Source of the DNA: Fimbriosthenelais zetlandica
Lineage: Eukaryota
Reading direction: 5' to 3'
Length of the DNA stretch: 64,000 bases
NCBI GenBank assembly: GCA_977030845.1
Contig: OZ365113.1
Location: 20,584,001 to 20,648,000, forward strand
In this document: one piece after another, positions 1-12,058 of the stretch
Position numbering within the stretch: the first letter of the stretch is position 1
Layout: each line of letters opens with the position of its first letter
Translations under genes and position numbers: made by a program
The notes under the pieces: generated by a model
Told to the model about the DNA's origin: nothing
What the model saw: only the letters and a program-made list of their open reading frames with translations
Database searches by the model: none

Positions 1-1173
1 GAAAATTTTAAAATTGAAAGTCATATTGAAATTTACTAAACACCGCTAAAGGCCATCTCCCGTTGCAGGTTATTTTAAACTTATTTACAATCTTATTTAC
101 TTTCATCGGAATACAAATCATGAGCTGTTGACTTGTTGTGTGATCTAGATCTCTAAAATTTTTCACTAATTCTGGGAAACATGTCTGCCCTCCACGAAAT
201 AGGATAGGTGTGATCAAATACAGGGATCCTTCATATCTATAGTTTTATTATATAAACGTGAAGGCAACATAAGCACGTCAATGTATTGCCCACATAATTA
301 AATGGGATAATAATAGTGTACATAAAAGCCTACTAAACAATATCCTACTTCCCCCAAATAAGCCAAATAACCTGGTTACTGTTTGTAAAACTTAAAAGTA
401 GGCCTATTTAAGTTGTTTCATTCCAGATCATCTCGAATCGGAATAATAGCATTAATAATTATTTTCTATGAGTGCTTGATTTCATTAGTTTTGAAACAAC
501 ATCACGAAAACTTTCCCAACTAAATTCCGAAGAACAACTAAAAACAGCATCTTGGTTGTCGGAAATCCAATTAGGATCAGACTACAGAAGGAGTAAAGCA
601 TTTCAATACTGGAAAGAGAAAGATATAAGGCTCAAGGATGCAGCTAGACCCGTTAGAAATATTCAAATCTCAAGTTCCCCTCATTCTTTCATTTTGTGTC
701 ATGCACTTGATTGTGGCAATTGAAGACAAACAACCTGTTGAACTTCTTTAAGGGAAGTTCACCTCTTTAAAGAAGTGACCAATACAACAGGGATTCTTTA
801 CAAGCTCTTCCCCCCATCGTCATAGGGAGGCCTCTGGGAATTTCGGCGAATGTAAAGCATCGAGAGCTAATCTATCGGGAGAAGCAGTGTCTGTTGACAG
901 AGTCCCGTGGAGGTTAGGAGAAATCCTATGCCTGCTGCCACAGTCTCTAGATTGAGCCAATGAAGCAACTATTGGACATCTACCACGACAAGGACTACAG
1001 TGAAAGTGACCTCACCAATCTTGGAGGGTCTGTCTAAATCCAGTGAGTTCGGGAGGCTGAAAAGAGGATATGCTTCTTGATCCTGGACAATAACTTTCAA
1101 GGTTAGTGTACCAAGAACTGTACTATCATGGACAGGCCCTTTAGATATGGGGAGTCATCTGATAAGTTATGAT

Positions 1174-1454
1174 GTGTGGAAGGTCGCCGGTTCAAACCAC
1201 GGTCGGGTCATACCAAAGACTGAAAAAATGGGACTAGTGGCTCCCTCGCTCGGCACAGAGGACAGTACTAGGACTGGTCAACCCGGTGTCAGTATAATGT
1301 GACTGGGTGAGGTATCATGCCATGCGCCTGCGGCATGATACCTCAGTGAGGCAGCACTATAAAAGAGCATTGGGCTCACTGTCACAAGTAGGCACCGTCA
1401 TGATATAACTGAAAAATTGTTGAAAGTGACGTTAAACCCCATTCAATCAATCAA
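1174..1454 (+). mobile_element. 5'-truncated tRNA-derived SINE (Meta-domain-like body) with 14-bp target-site duplication
   Basis: B-box-like GGTTCAAACC at 1189, followed by GGTCGGGTCATACCAAAGACT...GTCAGTATAATGTGACTGGGTG, which I recall from invertebrate MetaSINE-type elements (family assignment not verified). It has a (TCAA)n tail and an identical flanking TGATAAGTTATGAT at 1160-1173 and 1455-1468. Confidence 0.85.
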
Positions 1455-4400
1455 TGATAAGTTATGATAACTCTTGTCAGCTATAACCCAGATTTTAATG
1501 CACCTTTCAATAGGAATGTTGACTGATTTAACAAAGCAAAATAATTGGCAAGTAATCTCAATACGATTAGGGCTCTTACAGATTACAGTAGAAACTGAAG
1601 TCATTCTGTTAACAACCAGATCCATGAAGAGGAATTTCCAGAACTTCTCAAATTCATATGTATGAGGTTATATACCATTGTATAGCATTGTCCACGGCAT
1701 CAGACATTAATGCAGATCTCCATTGGAATACTACCCACAGGTAATGCATTCTAAGCCTTCCTCTGAACTCCTAGGGGCTAGAAGCTTTCAGCATGCTTGG
1801 GGTCTAGACAGCTTTCTCTCCTCCTCATTGACTCGTCTTTGATGTAGGACTACCCCCTGATTAAGCCCGCCTTGAATTTCACCCTCCACTGCTCATCCCT
1901 CATCACTTCTATCTGCCCTTCACTTGACATTCTTACCAACTTGGCGAACAAGGGTTTCGGAATGTGTTGCTGCAGCAGTTTTTTTCATCAGAAGAAATCA
2001 TGATGGACTTCCTAAATTGACATGAGTGGAGGGTAAGGAACATAACATTACCTAAACCTTCCTTTTCTTTGTTAATGTGAGCACCTGGATAAATGCATGC
2101 CAGAAGCTTCGAATGTATGTGTCCTCCAAAGGACTCTTTTGACGGGTCCCCCCCCCCTCCTCCCCTGGCTCGGTTTCCACCGCCACTTTTGGAAGCACAA
2201 TCACTTGGCTCAGTCAATCTTTTGAGGTGAGCTGAAGCTACAAATTCTATCCACTAGATTTGCAAGAGAAGGGGTCACTCTAGCCGAAACCACAAGGCCC
2301 CCTCCAAACCAGCCGGTCTCTAAACTCATTGGATTGCTTTCAACAGTCTTTTCAAGTGGTGGGGCATCAATGAAAAACAAACCAGACGCTGCCCTGGTCA
2401 GGCTGAGAATCGACAAGCGACCACCTGGAAGGTTGTCTGCATACCCGGAGGAATACTAAACATGCTGGCCATCAGGCCTTCCACCACAAAGCTCACATTA
2501 CTATCATTCATATCAGGTTCCTGTACCGGCAGTTCAGGTGACAGGCCAACTTTCAATAGGTTTCCTATTATGATGAATTTGCAATTAAGTATAGGCATGT
2601 CTAAATGAAATATGTGCATACCTGGTACTTATCTACAACACCAGAATAATAGTAATGTCTCCTTCGATTTTTGCCATTTGCCAACTCTTATTGTGAGCAT
2701 TTTGTAGCATTCATGTGTCGAAGAAACCCGGAAAAATTTCTTTATGGAACACTGGAACAATGATGTACTATAACATAGGTTTACTATGTCCTCTATATAG
2801 GCTATACTTGGTATTCTGGCCCTTGAACAACAATCCCACAACTTGGTCCCCAAAAGGAATCTTTCCCTAATTGATCTTGAAAACACAATCTAGACTTTAG
2901 TGTTCCTGCGGGGGCGTTCAAGTGTTATTCATGTATATATTTATGTAGCAATAATCCAGAAGCTTCCATGATCTGCTGCTTACTTCTAGTTCCCTATTAG
3001 GGATAATGATGGCGAATCAAAAACCATGCTTACTCTGCTGATAGAACAATAAGAGGATAAGTTGTTATTAGGTCAAAGGGTGTGGCGCTTGCATTAGTTT
3101 TTCTTTTAGCCTCAAATTAAACCCTGTTTGACATAAAGTGGTGCAGGATGTTTGTAGGTAGTGGTTAATGATGAGGTAAATGAAGTGTACCTTCATGCAA
3201 ATGTACCTTTCACAGAATGGAAAGTCTATAAATATTTGTTATTCATCTATTGGCTATGAAGATTTAATATCATGTAACTTTGCCAGTACAAGATTTTGTC
3301 AAGCTTATTTGTATCAGTTACAGGTATCAAATAACTGCTTTCTCTTCCGAATTCAGGCTCAAGAAAATTTCATATTATTTCCGTAGGATTCAAATTAATA
3401 AAGACATGATATGCGAAGAATATTCAATCAAGATCACAATATGCAATTTTGTTGTGGATATCATTCTTTGCAATTCGATTCCAAATAGGATTCAGTACTG
3501 GAATATATTGAATACTTCAAGGACCTTCACAGAGGGCAGACATCATGTATTTAAATGCTTTGAGCATGCGATTTTCTTGTACTTTTAATTCAGTGGCCTG
3601 GTATACAACATAATGGGGACTGGTGACAAACGACACGCTGACATGCCAGTATAATGTATACCTGTAATGAACGATCTGGGTTTTCTTTGTGGCATAGTCC
3701 AGTAATTAACGAATAGCTGGATTGAGATGCAGAGGGTGGCATGCCATTCCTAAATAGATTCGCAAAGTTTAGATTGAAATCCCTCAAGGGGTTATAAAGG
3801 CTGTGGTTTCACTGTATAATTCTAAGAGATACTTCCACTTTTTTTTCTTCAGAGGAAACCACCTGAATCGTGTTTGGTAAGCCTACTCTCATAAATATGT
3901 GGGTGACCTCTACAAATATGGATATCGTTTGAATTCACTTAAGGTAAGACTTTTCTCATCAATCTGTACACATATGAAAAGCATTTTACACACATGTACT
4001 AGTGAGGATAATTCCTAGTGACCCTAATTAATTCCGCAATACAGGACTTATTGCTTTTTATGATGCATGGAACTTACATACACATTAAAGTGGAGGAGAT
4101 ATGTAAAGTAAGGCCTTTAAAGGAGATGAGCTCTTGAGAATTATTCATGGACACACATCACCAGGACATACATGAGTGATGTGGTCGTCAATGTAGATCA
4201 ATGATGGGAGAGATGGATGGTATATTGATAGGGAAAAGCAAACTGAACTACGTGTCTCATAGTCATTATCAGTCATATAAGTCTCTTTGTTGACAGAAGC
4301 TCTGTGTTTATCCATGAGATCTTCCTTTGATAGTTTTTCTTGGCATTTGTTGGTGCGTCATTTCCTTTTATTAATCCCTTACATTCAACCTTGGAATGTC

Positions 4401-5358
4401 TCCATAAGGGGTAATATAATTATCATTTCTTCCCAGAATGGTTTCCAGTATAATTATAATAATTCCTATAAGTATCAAAATGCCAGACTCATGTCATTGA
4501 AATCACTCATCATTATGAGATGATGCTAATTCAGATAGAACAGGGAAGACATAGATAAAGGCCTCATGTACAAGTTTTTGCTAAGAACTTCCTCGCACTT
4601 TTCTTCCTAGAAGCACTGTGGGAAACATACAGTGTTCAGGGAGGGAAGCTATAGATATTAAAACAGAGAGACCTTTGATCTCGGAAGGTGTCCCATCTTC
4701 GGCAATGTACTTTAGAACACTTCCAATCAAATCCTCTTTGACTGATGAAAAATTAAACTTCAGAAAGCATACACAACTTTAGAGCTTTCAGTGGTTGATC
4801 AAGCATGCCGTGAAGAATCAATATTTGTCGAGTAAGAGATGAAGGCATGGAATATCTACATTAGAGCATGATGGATCATTTACTCTGCTGAATGTCAGAA
4901 CCATGCCACCTAAGCGAAAGGTCAAGATAATGAAAGCGAGGTGAATTATTCAAAAAGTCAAATGAAGCTAATCGTCATTTGAGCATTTACGAGGGTTGCA
5001 AATCAAAGTTGACACGCATATTTTGATCATATGAAAGTGAAATGAAATGTTACTTGAAGAGTAATGTATGTGTAATTTTTGTGGTGCCGTAATTGAGGCA
5101 GTGCAAGTGCCCTGCTCAGGGACATGGATATAGGCATTTCCGGCATTTCAGACCAATGCATTCACAAAATCCAATGGCGTACCCTGATGTGGGTATTGGG
5201 TCACAGTAGATGACACACGACACCATGATTCGAAAAGTATGGTTTAGGAACGAAAAGTGATAAGACAAAGATGTGCAATCAGGTGCCTCACTGTTTTTTT
5301 TTATACACAGGGAAAACTTCCTGGAAAAAAAGAATTTCTGAAGTAAAAAGGTACTCAC

Positions 5359-5587
5359 TGCCTTCAGCTGTGCGGAAAAGTACAGGGATGCTTGGAGGGC
5401 CTTCGTATTTCATGTTGAGCACCACTATCTGAGCTGTAACATTGGTGTAAGGCCACAAGTTGTACACGTGACCTGTGCTGACCTCCCGTTTGTGGCGCTC
5501 TCCGCCCCCACAGGGTTCAGGCTCACGGTAAATAATGCTGTGCTCGCGAATGGTGGATTTCCCCTCATCTGATTTCCAGAACTGAAT
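5359..5587 (-). CDS. Nrg: L1CAM/neuroglian-family exon: C-terminal half of FNIII-3 (229 nt, phase 0 to 1)
   Basis: Found by manual translation; not in the ORF track. Acceptor tttctttattccag|ATT and donor GGCA|GTGAGT. Reads IQFWKSDEGKSTIREHSIIYREPEPCGGGERHKREVSTGHVYNLWPYTNVTAQIVVLNMKYEGPPSIPVLFRTAEG. This continues GYK-IQ-W and ends with the family motif N--Y-GPPS--I-F-T-EG. Confidence 0.95.
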
Positions 5588-5681
5588 CTGGAATAAAGAA
5601 ATTCATTTCGTGTTTAATTAATCTACTTAAACAAAGGATCTTCGGACTAAAGTAGGACATATTTCTACTGAAAGTCACCAG

Positions 5682-5749
5682 GAGCCTGTTTCAAAATGAA
5701 TATTAGCCATTGCTTAGCTTATTGCTTATATTCCCTTTGAAACAGGTCC
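5682..5749. mobile_element. ~67-bp palindromic MITE (Harbinger-like), copy 1
   Basis: GAGCCTGTTTCAAAA...TTTGAAACAGGTCC with left flank CAC-CAG. Homologous to the copies at 26675, 32227, 57047, 57119 and 58896. Confidence 0.75.
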
Positions 5750-8700
5750 TTATTTGCCCAACTAAAGGAACAACATGAATGGATATAATGGGAACTTTGA
5801 GGAGCAGTTCAGTGTTGATGAAAACTAAGCAGTTTATGTTGCCAGGATTAGGTATTATGCAGCTTGAATATATATTTCCCAGCTCAGTCAAGATTTCCTT
5901 CTAGGAAATCTAATGCAGGCAATGCTGCCATTTTCAGTGCGAGGCTATCGTGACTTCCGCCCCTGCCTACCATTGTCATTGCCAAGCGCCTCACAGCGGC
6001 CCAGGTAATGAAGCATGAATTCACTGCTAGAGGGAGACACTGATAGCTCAGTAGGTGGCGCCAGCTTTCTAGGAAGGGGCGGGGGTGAGGAACCAGGGAA
6101 AGAATTTAAACTAATATACATCCGTATCCCACACTTCCCGTCAATTTGGCTTGCAATTCCAGAGGGGGAAATGCAAGCCGAATCACTGCTCGCGGCACAC
6201 TATAGTGGACAAGCTGCCTCAAGAAAATAAGTCCTTGAGAAGGCTGAGTAATATTGAAGAGAAACTCACATCCAAGGAAACAGACGATCAATAGAACAGT
6301 ATTGGTAGGAAAAAAGAACGAATTCCCATTTGGGAGAACGACTATGCCCGTTGATATCATAGCCACAGTCAAAGAAGAAATAATTTATGGTTTTCCTTCA
6401 GTACAGTTGCTCATGGGCTCCTCTCATTTGGATCCGATAAAGGAACAGAGAAATTAGCGAGGGCTGTTGGTCTAGCTCTGATAGGTCCTTAATCTGTTCC
6501 TGATCTCTTCTTAATTTGAGATATTTTTGTCGTGTGAGGAGGAATCTCAAGGGATTAGAGCATTTGTCCCGAGCTGTATTCTCCTCTTGCATGTTGCTGA
6601 TAGTGTTAATAATTTAGATGCCATAGCAGGTATTGACGTTATTGCTGTTGTGGGGTTAATCAATGTGCTCCGCTGTCGATTGTCGCTGTGTCTCGTATTA
6701 CACCAAGGCAAACAACACTATTCCCATGCATTGAAGTATTCATAATTCAGAGTTCAATCTATCCCAAGCTGAGGCAGCCCATGGAAGGAGATAATTCCCC
6801 TCTCGCTTTTACTCATCAACTTGCCTAATGTGGGATGGAGGGAAAGGTGTAAGGAAGGAGATGAAGGTGGATACAGCATGGAGATAAGGGGTATGGGGAT
6901 TGTGGGAGGGATTTGATAACTTTGAAAGAGCGAAAATTTTAAATACAGGCTTGCTAATAATGATGAGTTATTTTATTAACCGCTACAGAATACTTGCTTT
7001 ATTGTATATTAGCAGGATATCACTTTGGCAGATTAACCATTATTTATTTGGCGAGTAGCCGTATGCAGCGCATACAGTATATATAGGCCAAGATTGTGGG
7101 CATCCACAAAGTGTCCCTCCCTCCATTTTCCCCTCCACCCACCACCTGTCAGACTAAATTTCACACTCCCTCTCCTATCTAGAATAGTTGGAGCGAGGAT
7201 CCAAATAAAACCCAAGGCCTTGACAAAAGATCAGAGCCTCGCGAGCAGTCAGATTGGTCCGAGCAGAACAATAGCAGGATGGAGCAGTAGCCCATTCTGG
7301 AGGAGCAGCTTGGGCAGTAAGTGGCATACACTTGGCATGCCCGATGGTAACAAATTGCAGGCAGAGGCCCCGAGTCAGTGGAGCCAATAATGCGGTGCCT
7401 TTTTTCTGCCATCAGTGTCCAAACACCCGCCCCATGGAATAAACAGTCTTTGCAATGAGAGAAGTGAATTTAACCCTGAGAAGAAGTCTGATTATTTATG
7501 TGTTGGTAACCTATCCACTCCTTATTGAGGCCTTAAACGTCCGAGATGCTCTAAAGCAATGTACATAAATTAATCTAAAAGTTAGGCCTACATAATATAA
7601 TATTGCATGCATTTGTTAAAAGTAAAGAAGAGAGATTATTCATTTTTTTTAAACTAGCCTAAAAATTGCGTTTTTAATTGTCTTTTAAAACTAGCTATTA
7701 AGCCGCCAAATTGTGCGCATTGGTTATATTGGTATTAAGCAATTGTCTCTACATATTTCCGTTACTTGAGACATATGGTCTTCAGCAACTATCATAAGGA
7801 ACCGTCTCAATATAAAGAGTAGTCCTATCTGCACCAAATAACCCCAAGAGATGATGATGAGGTACGCTGGGACGAGTAATCATTAAACTCTGTGTGACGC
7901 CCTCATGATTATTATAGGAGTAAATGGCAGATAAAGAGGCAGAGTTCCCTAGGTAGTGGCTATCAGATATCACCTCTCATCAGCCTGCCTTTTTGAATAA
8001 GGCATGGAATTGCAGGTAGTCTTTTTGTGCTGAGGGGCAAGAAGATGAACTCTCTCAGGACCCCTCTCACCTCTCTTTCAAAGGTAAAACAAACCAGAAA
8101 ACCTGCAATCTGAAGCCCACTGTGAATACAAGAATACTTCTATATCTTGCTCAGAAATCAAGTATGTACATGTATAATATTATTTACATGAAGTAAAATT
8201 GAAAAAGAACTGAAGATATGTACACCATGATTCTTCTGTGCTGAGCTGTGTAGTCTCTATGAAATCCAATGCTTCCACCCGAAAAAGAATTGCAGAAAAT
8301 TCTGTGTCTATTCACATATGGTCACATGATGAAAAAATGATATATCAACCGTACATGTATCGGCAGATCATTTGGCAATGAGCTCAATATTCTGCCAAAA
8401 TCAACTGGAAAATATTCTTTTTTCAAGAGCCAATTTCTGGAATAATGGAGAAGGGTTCTCTGTAGATGGCTATGTTGTTAGCGACTGAGTAGCTCATTAC
8501 TGTGCCCTAAGCCCTCAGCAATGGACAAGCATATCTTCTTACTCTCTGTCGCTATTTCTGTAAGTAACCTATAGAGCTGTCTTGATTCACAAAATCTATC
8601 TTAGGTTGAATTCTGGAGTTATGATTGTACCATCTTTGCTCTATATTTGGTCTGCCTTTCCAAGTGATTCAGCTAAAAGATAACCAACATATTTTTAGTT

Positions 8701-9939
8701 GTTTTGCTGAGTTTTGTAATTCCAATTTGTATTTTAACATCGAACGGAAGTCCTGTTTATAGAATTGTGTGGGTGACATTGCTGGATATAGGACATTGCA
8801 TTCAGGAGAAGATAACTATTAAATTTCTAATAAGCCATCTGAACTGAGACTATCAAATTAACTTTATCATGAGATCAAATGAATGAGTGGATGTTTTAAT
8901 TAAGATAATAAAATCTCCTTGCTCAACTGGATGCGAATGGATTCCCTCCATTCATAATCACAATTATGGTGTAAACGTTGACCATGAGATTGCCAATAAT
9001 ATCTTAATGACAAACTCATTTTATCAATGTCTCAAATAATTGATTTTAAAAGGAATAAATGAAATGAATCTTCATCATCAAGGTGTATGAACCAAGACAT
9101 TTGAGAACTTTACCAGCTTGTGTATAGCATCAACTTTCAGTGAAAAGAAATGTTATGCCTATTACCGCACTATACCTCCCCATCGGTGAGTGACCCATAT
9201 GTATCATGCACCTCGATGACCTTGCTTGATTTGAATTCAGCGAGACGTGGGGAGGGGGACTGTTTATCGATTGAAAAAGCTTTAATCCGATATAATGATT
9301 TTTCAGAGGATCAATGGAGAGAGAGCATGTGTTCTATACCTGTCTTGCTACAGAATAAATGTGGGATAATGATAGCTGTTATGTGATACATTTCCCCAGC
9401 AGAAGACAGTAATGTGGCAAACCATTGCAGGACTCAGTCTGCCTCAATGCGCATGCAAATAACATCTTGCCTCCCTACAGAATAAGCAGGAGGTCTATGC
9501 ATGATTATGCTATACTTTGACAGATTTTGCAATAACATAAACCCTATGTCATTCCTGCCTTATGAAGCATTACGTGGATATACTTTTTAAGACAGACAGA
9601 TATATAGATCGGATTTTATATACAGCTGATCAATGGTTCTGATGTATGAACTATTCATGTGAAGAAGTTTTAGTCCAGGTTGTTTTAGAACAAGTTATGC
9701 TGTTATCCTATACTGCCAGAAGCCTATATATCATGATATAATTCATGATATATATCTATCCTCATTAAGTTTCACGCTTTGTTCCTGTTCCTCTCAGGGA
9801 ATTATGATTAATAAGATTAAATTAATACAGCTCAAAAAAGAGAGCTATATTCTATATCCGATGTCGTAGCGACTCGAGGGCTCTCCTGAATGCAATAGTT
9901 CTTAAGCTTCAAATCAGCATGATGAAACTACGAAGTGGC

Positions 9940-9953
9940 GTTGCCATGCCAAC
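9940..9953. promoter_or_regulatory. Candidate RFX X-box
   Basis: GTTGCCATGCCAAC is 13/14 identical to the palindromic X-box GTTGCCATGGCAAC. Motif match only. Confidence 0.3.
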
Positions 9954-11927
9954 GTTGACATCTCTGAAACAGCTGCAGATTTGAGTGTGCGCGTCACATG
10001 TCGCGACCAGTTTTTCCCAGGTTACTACTTCAATTGCAAATGATCCAAAAGGGACCACTCTGAAATTTGCCAGGGAAAGATTTTTCCTGTCTTGGTGATG
10101 ATTCTACTTAAAGGCAGTCTCCTCGCAGTTCTTTTCACAACTCGGTCTTTATGGAGTTGATGCATGGGCCACAAACTATAGTTCATGGGTTTGCGCACTT
10201 CATTGTCTCCCACGATGCGCACATGTGACATAAATCTTTAAAGGTTGAGGCAAACAAAAGTCCCAAACAAGATTCTCCTTGAAAGTGCCTCATGACATCC
10301 AGCCTTTAGAAACTGCACAATGGAAGCCTGTCTTAGCTATACCGACGGCCTTCTTAACCTCAGAGAACTCTCCGAATACGAACTTTACCAATATTGACTA
10401 CCCAAAAGACACAAAAACATTCTGTTTTCATTCACTGGTAGAGTTTGGTGCAACACTTCATTATATTGGCGTTGGCAAGTAAAGTGGAAATATTTACCAT
10501 GTGATTAATAATAAATGATATCAACATCAGTGATGTGTTGTACAGGCGCATCGGAAACCACCAGTCACAGAGCACAGGTATGCAGGTCCCACTGTCTACT
10601 GACAACAGCCCTGCAGTTTCCATGACAACCGTGTTATCCCTTTTGTCTTCTATGTATTTGAATCGTGTTGTTTCCATGGGAACATAAATTCCACCACGTT
10701 GGTGGTTTTGGGTCGCGACATGTCCCATCGAACTCCGCTGGGAAGGGAGATGATGACAAAGGAAGGTAAATATTGGGGTAAATAGGCGGTATGTAAATCT
10801 ACTCCAACTCATGGCGAAAACAGCGCTATTCATGGATCATTTAGACGCTTAGACTTCTGATGCTTGCCTTTCAGGGGTCTCCTATTATTGCCAGCTGACA
10901 AGTGGCCATGGGAATGGAAGTGGTGTGTATGAAAGAATTTGTAGAGCCTTATAAAGTATGGCCGTAAAAATTGTATGAACGTATACCATACTCATAAACT
11001 CACATGTACATAAGGATTGTTCCATGGGTCAAATATTTCATCGGGAATATTCTCCGCTGGGGAAATATTAATTTTTGAATTCCTGAAAGGGTGTTGTATA
11101 ACATTATTATATTATTATTTTGATTTAATCGTCTTGAAAACTAGTCAAAATATGTTTAAGGAAATACTGTGGTGATCCAGTGGTGGAAGTCCATGGAACC
11201 GCATCCCGACATACCACATGTGCCATTCAACAAGAAAGGAGCCATATTTCTCAGACTGCTATAATTGCCGTCTGCTAAGTCATATAAGATGGCTTTGCCT
11301 TGGACCAGTCATTGCATCCTTTTTTGCTTGCCATGGGAATAGAACATGTGTACAGTGATATCAAGCTGTGATGGAAATGCATCGAGTAGGCATGGAGCGC
11401 GATGGAAAATTATTGCAAGATAGAACCAAGTGTGCCAGAAAAAAATGTGATATAAAATCCACCTGAAGAACTTGATGAATTTTTTATGCAAAGGAGCTCG
11501 CTCCACAAATAGATTCAAATTTCCAAAGAAATTTATTAAAATTATTAATATTAAACCCAATCCACATTACCAAATTAATGAGTGTCTTACGCATGGATTC
11601 CAGCGCCTGTATTTTCTGGTTAAACGATTCTCACTAATATTTGTTGTTGACATGCATGTGGCAATTTAGTATTTATCATACTAGAATGCACTTTGATAAG
11701 AAAATGCAGGTGACAACAGCGTTTAAGCAATTGAAGAAACCTCAAAATGATAAATCATCAGAAGACTTGGTTTTAATGCCAAAGAATCATGCACAGAATG
11801 TCAGTGACGCCTTTGACTGGGGCCATTTTTCTCTGGGGCCATGTTAATGCCCCATTGGGTTATTGAGGCTTCTTCAATGTTCAAGTTATTCAGCTATATA
11901 AAGGTCTTTTACATTTGAGAGGCTTAC

Positions 11928-12058
11928 CTTGTATCCTCTAAAAAATCCTTGCATTCTCCAAGGCCCAGTGTTCACTGAATCCCAGACAAAATCTGCAGTC
12001 GTGTCTGTAACCTCTTTGTCCGGGTCAAGTCGGAAACCATGCGGTGTTTCTAAGGGAA
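11928..12058 (-). CDS. Nrg: L1CAM/neuroglian-family exon: N-terminal half of FNIII-3 (131 nt, phase 1 to 0)
   Basis: Found by manual translation; not in the ORF track. Acceptor tttttttttcag|TT and donor AAG|GTAAGC. Reads (I)PLETPHGFRLDPDKEVTDTTADFVWDSVNTGPWRMQGFFRGYK, continuing SED in frame and matching neuroglian FNIII-3 (W--V-----RG-F-GYK). Confidence 0.93.

Noticed and set aside
5359-5367. Apparent 9-nt micro-exon (cttttccgcacag|CTGAAGGCA|GTGAGT)
   Set aside because: The apparent acceptor is coding sequence (VLFRTA) inside the 229-nt FNIII-3 exon. At most it is a cryptic alternative acceptor.
8619-8672. Minus-strand LNHLERQTKYRAKM after an acceptor-like ttttag, resembling an FNIII E-F strand
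   Set aside because: A stop follows within four codons, there is no good donor, and FNIII-3 is already complete without it.
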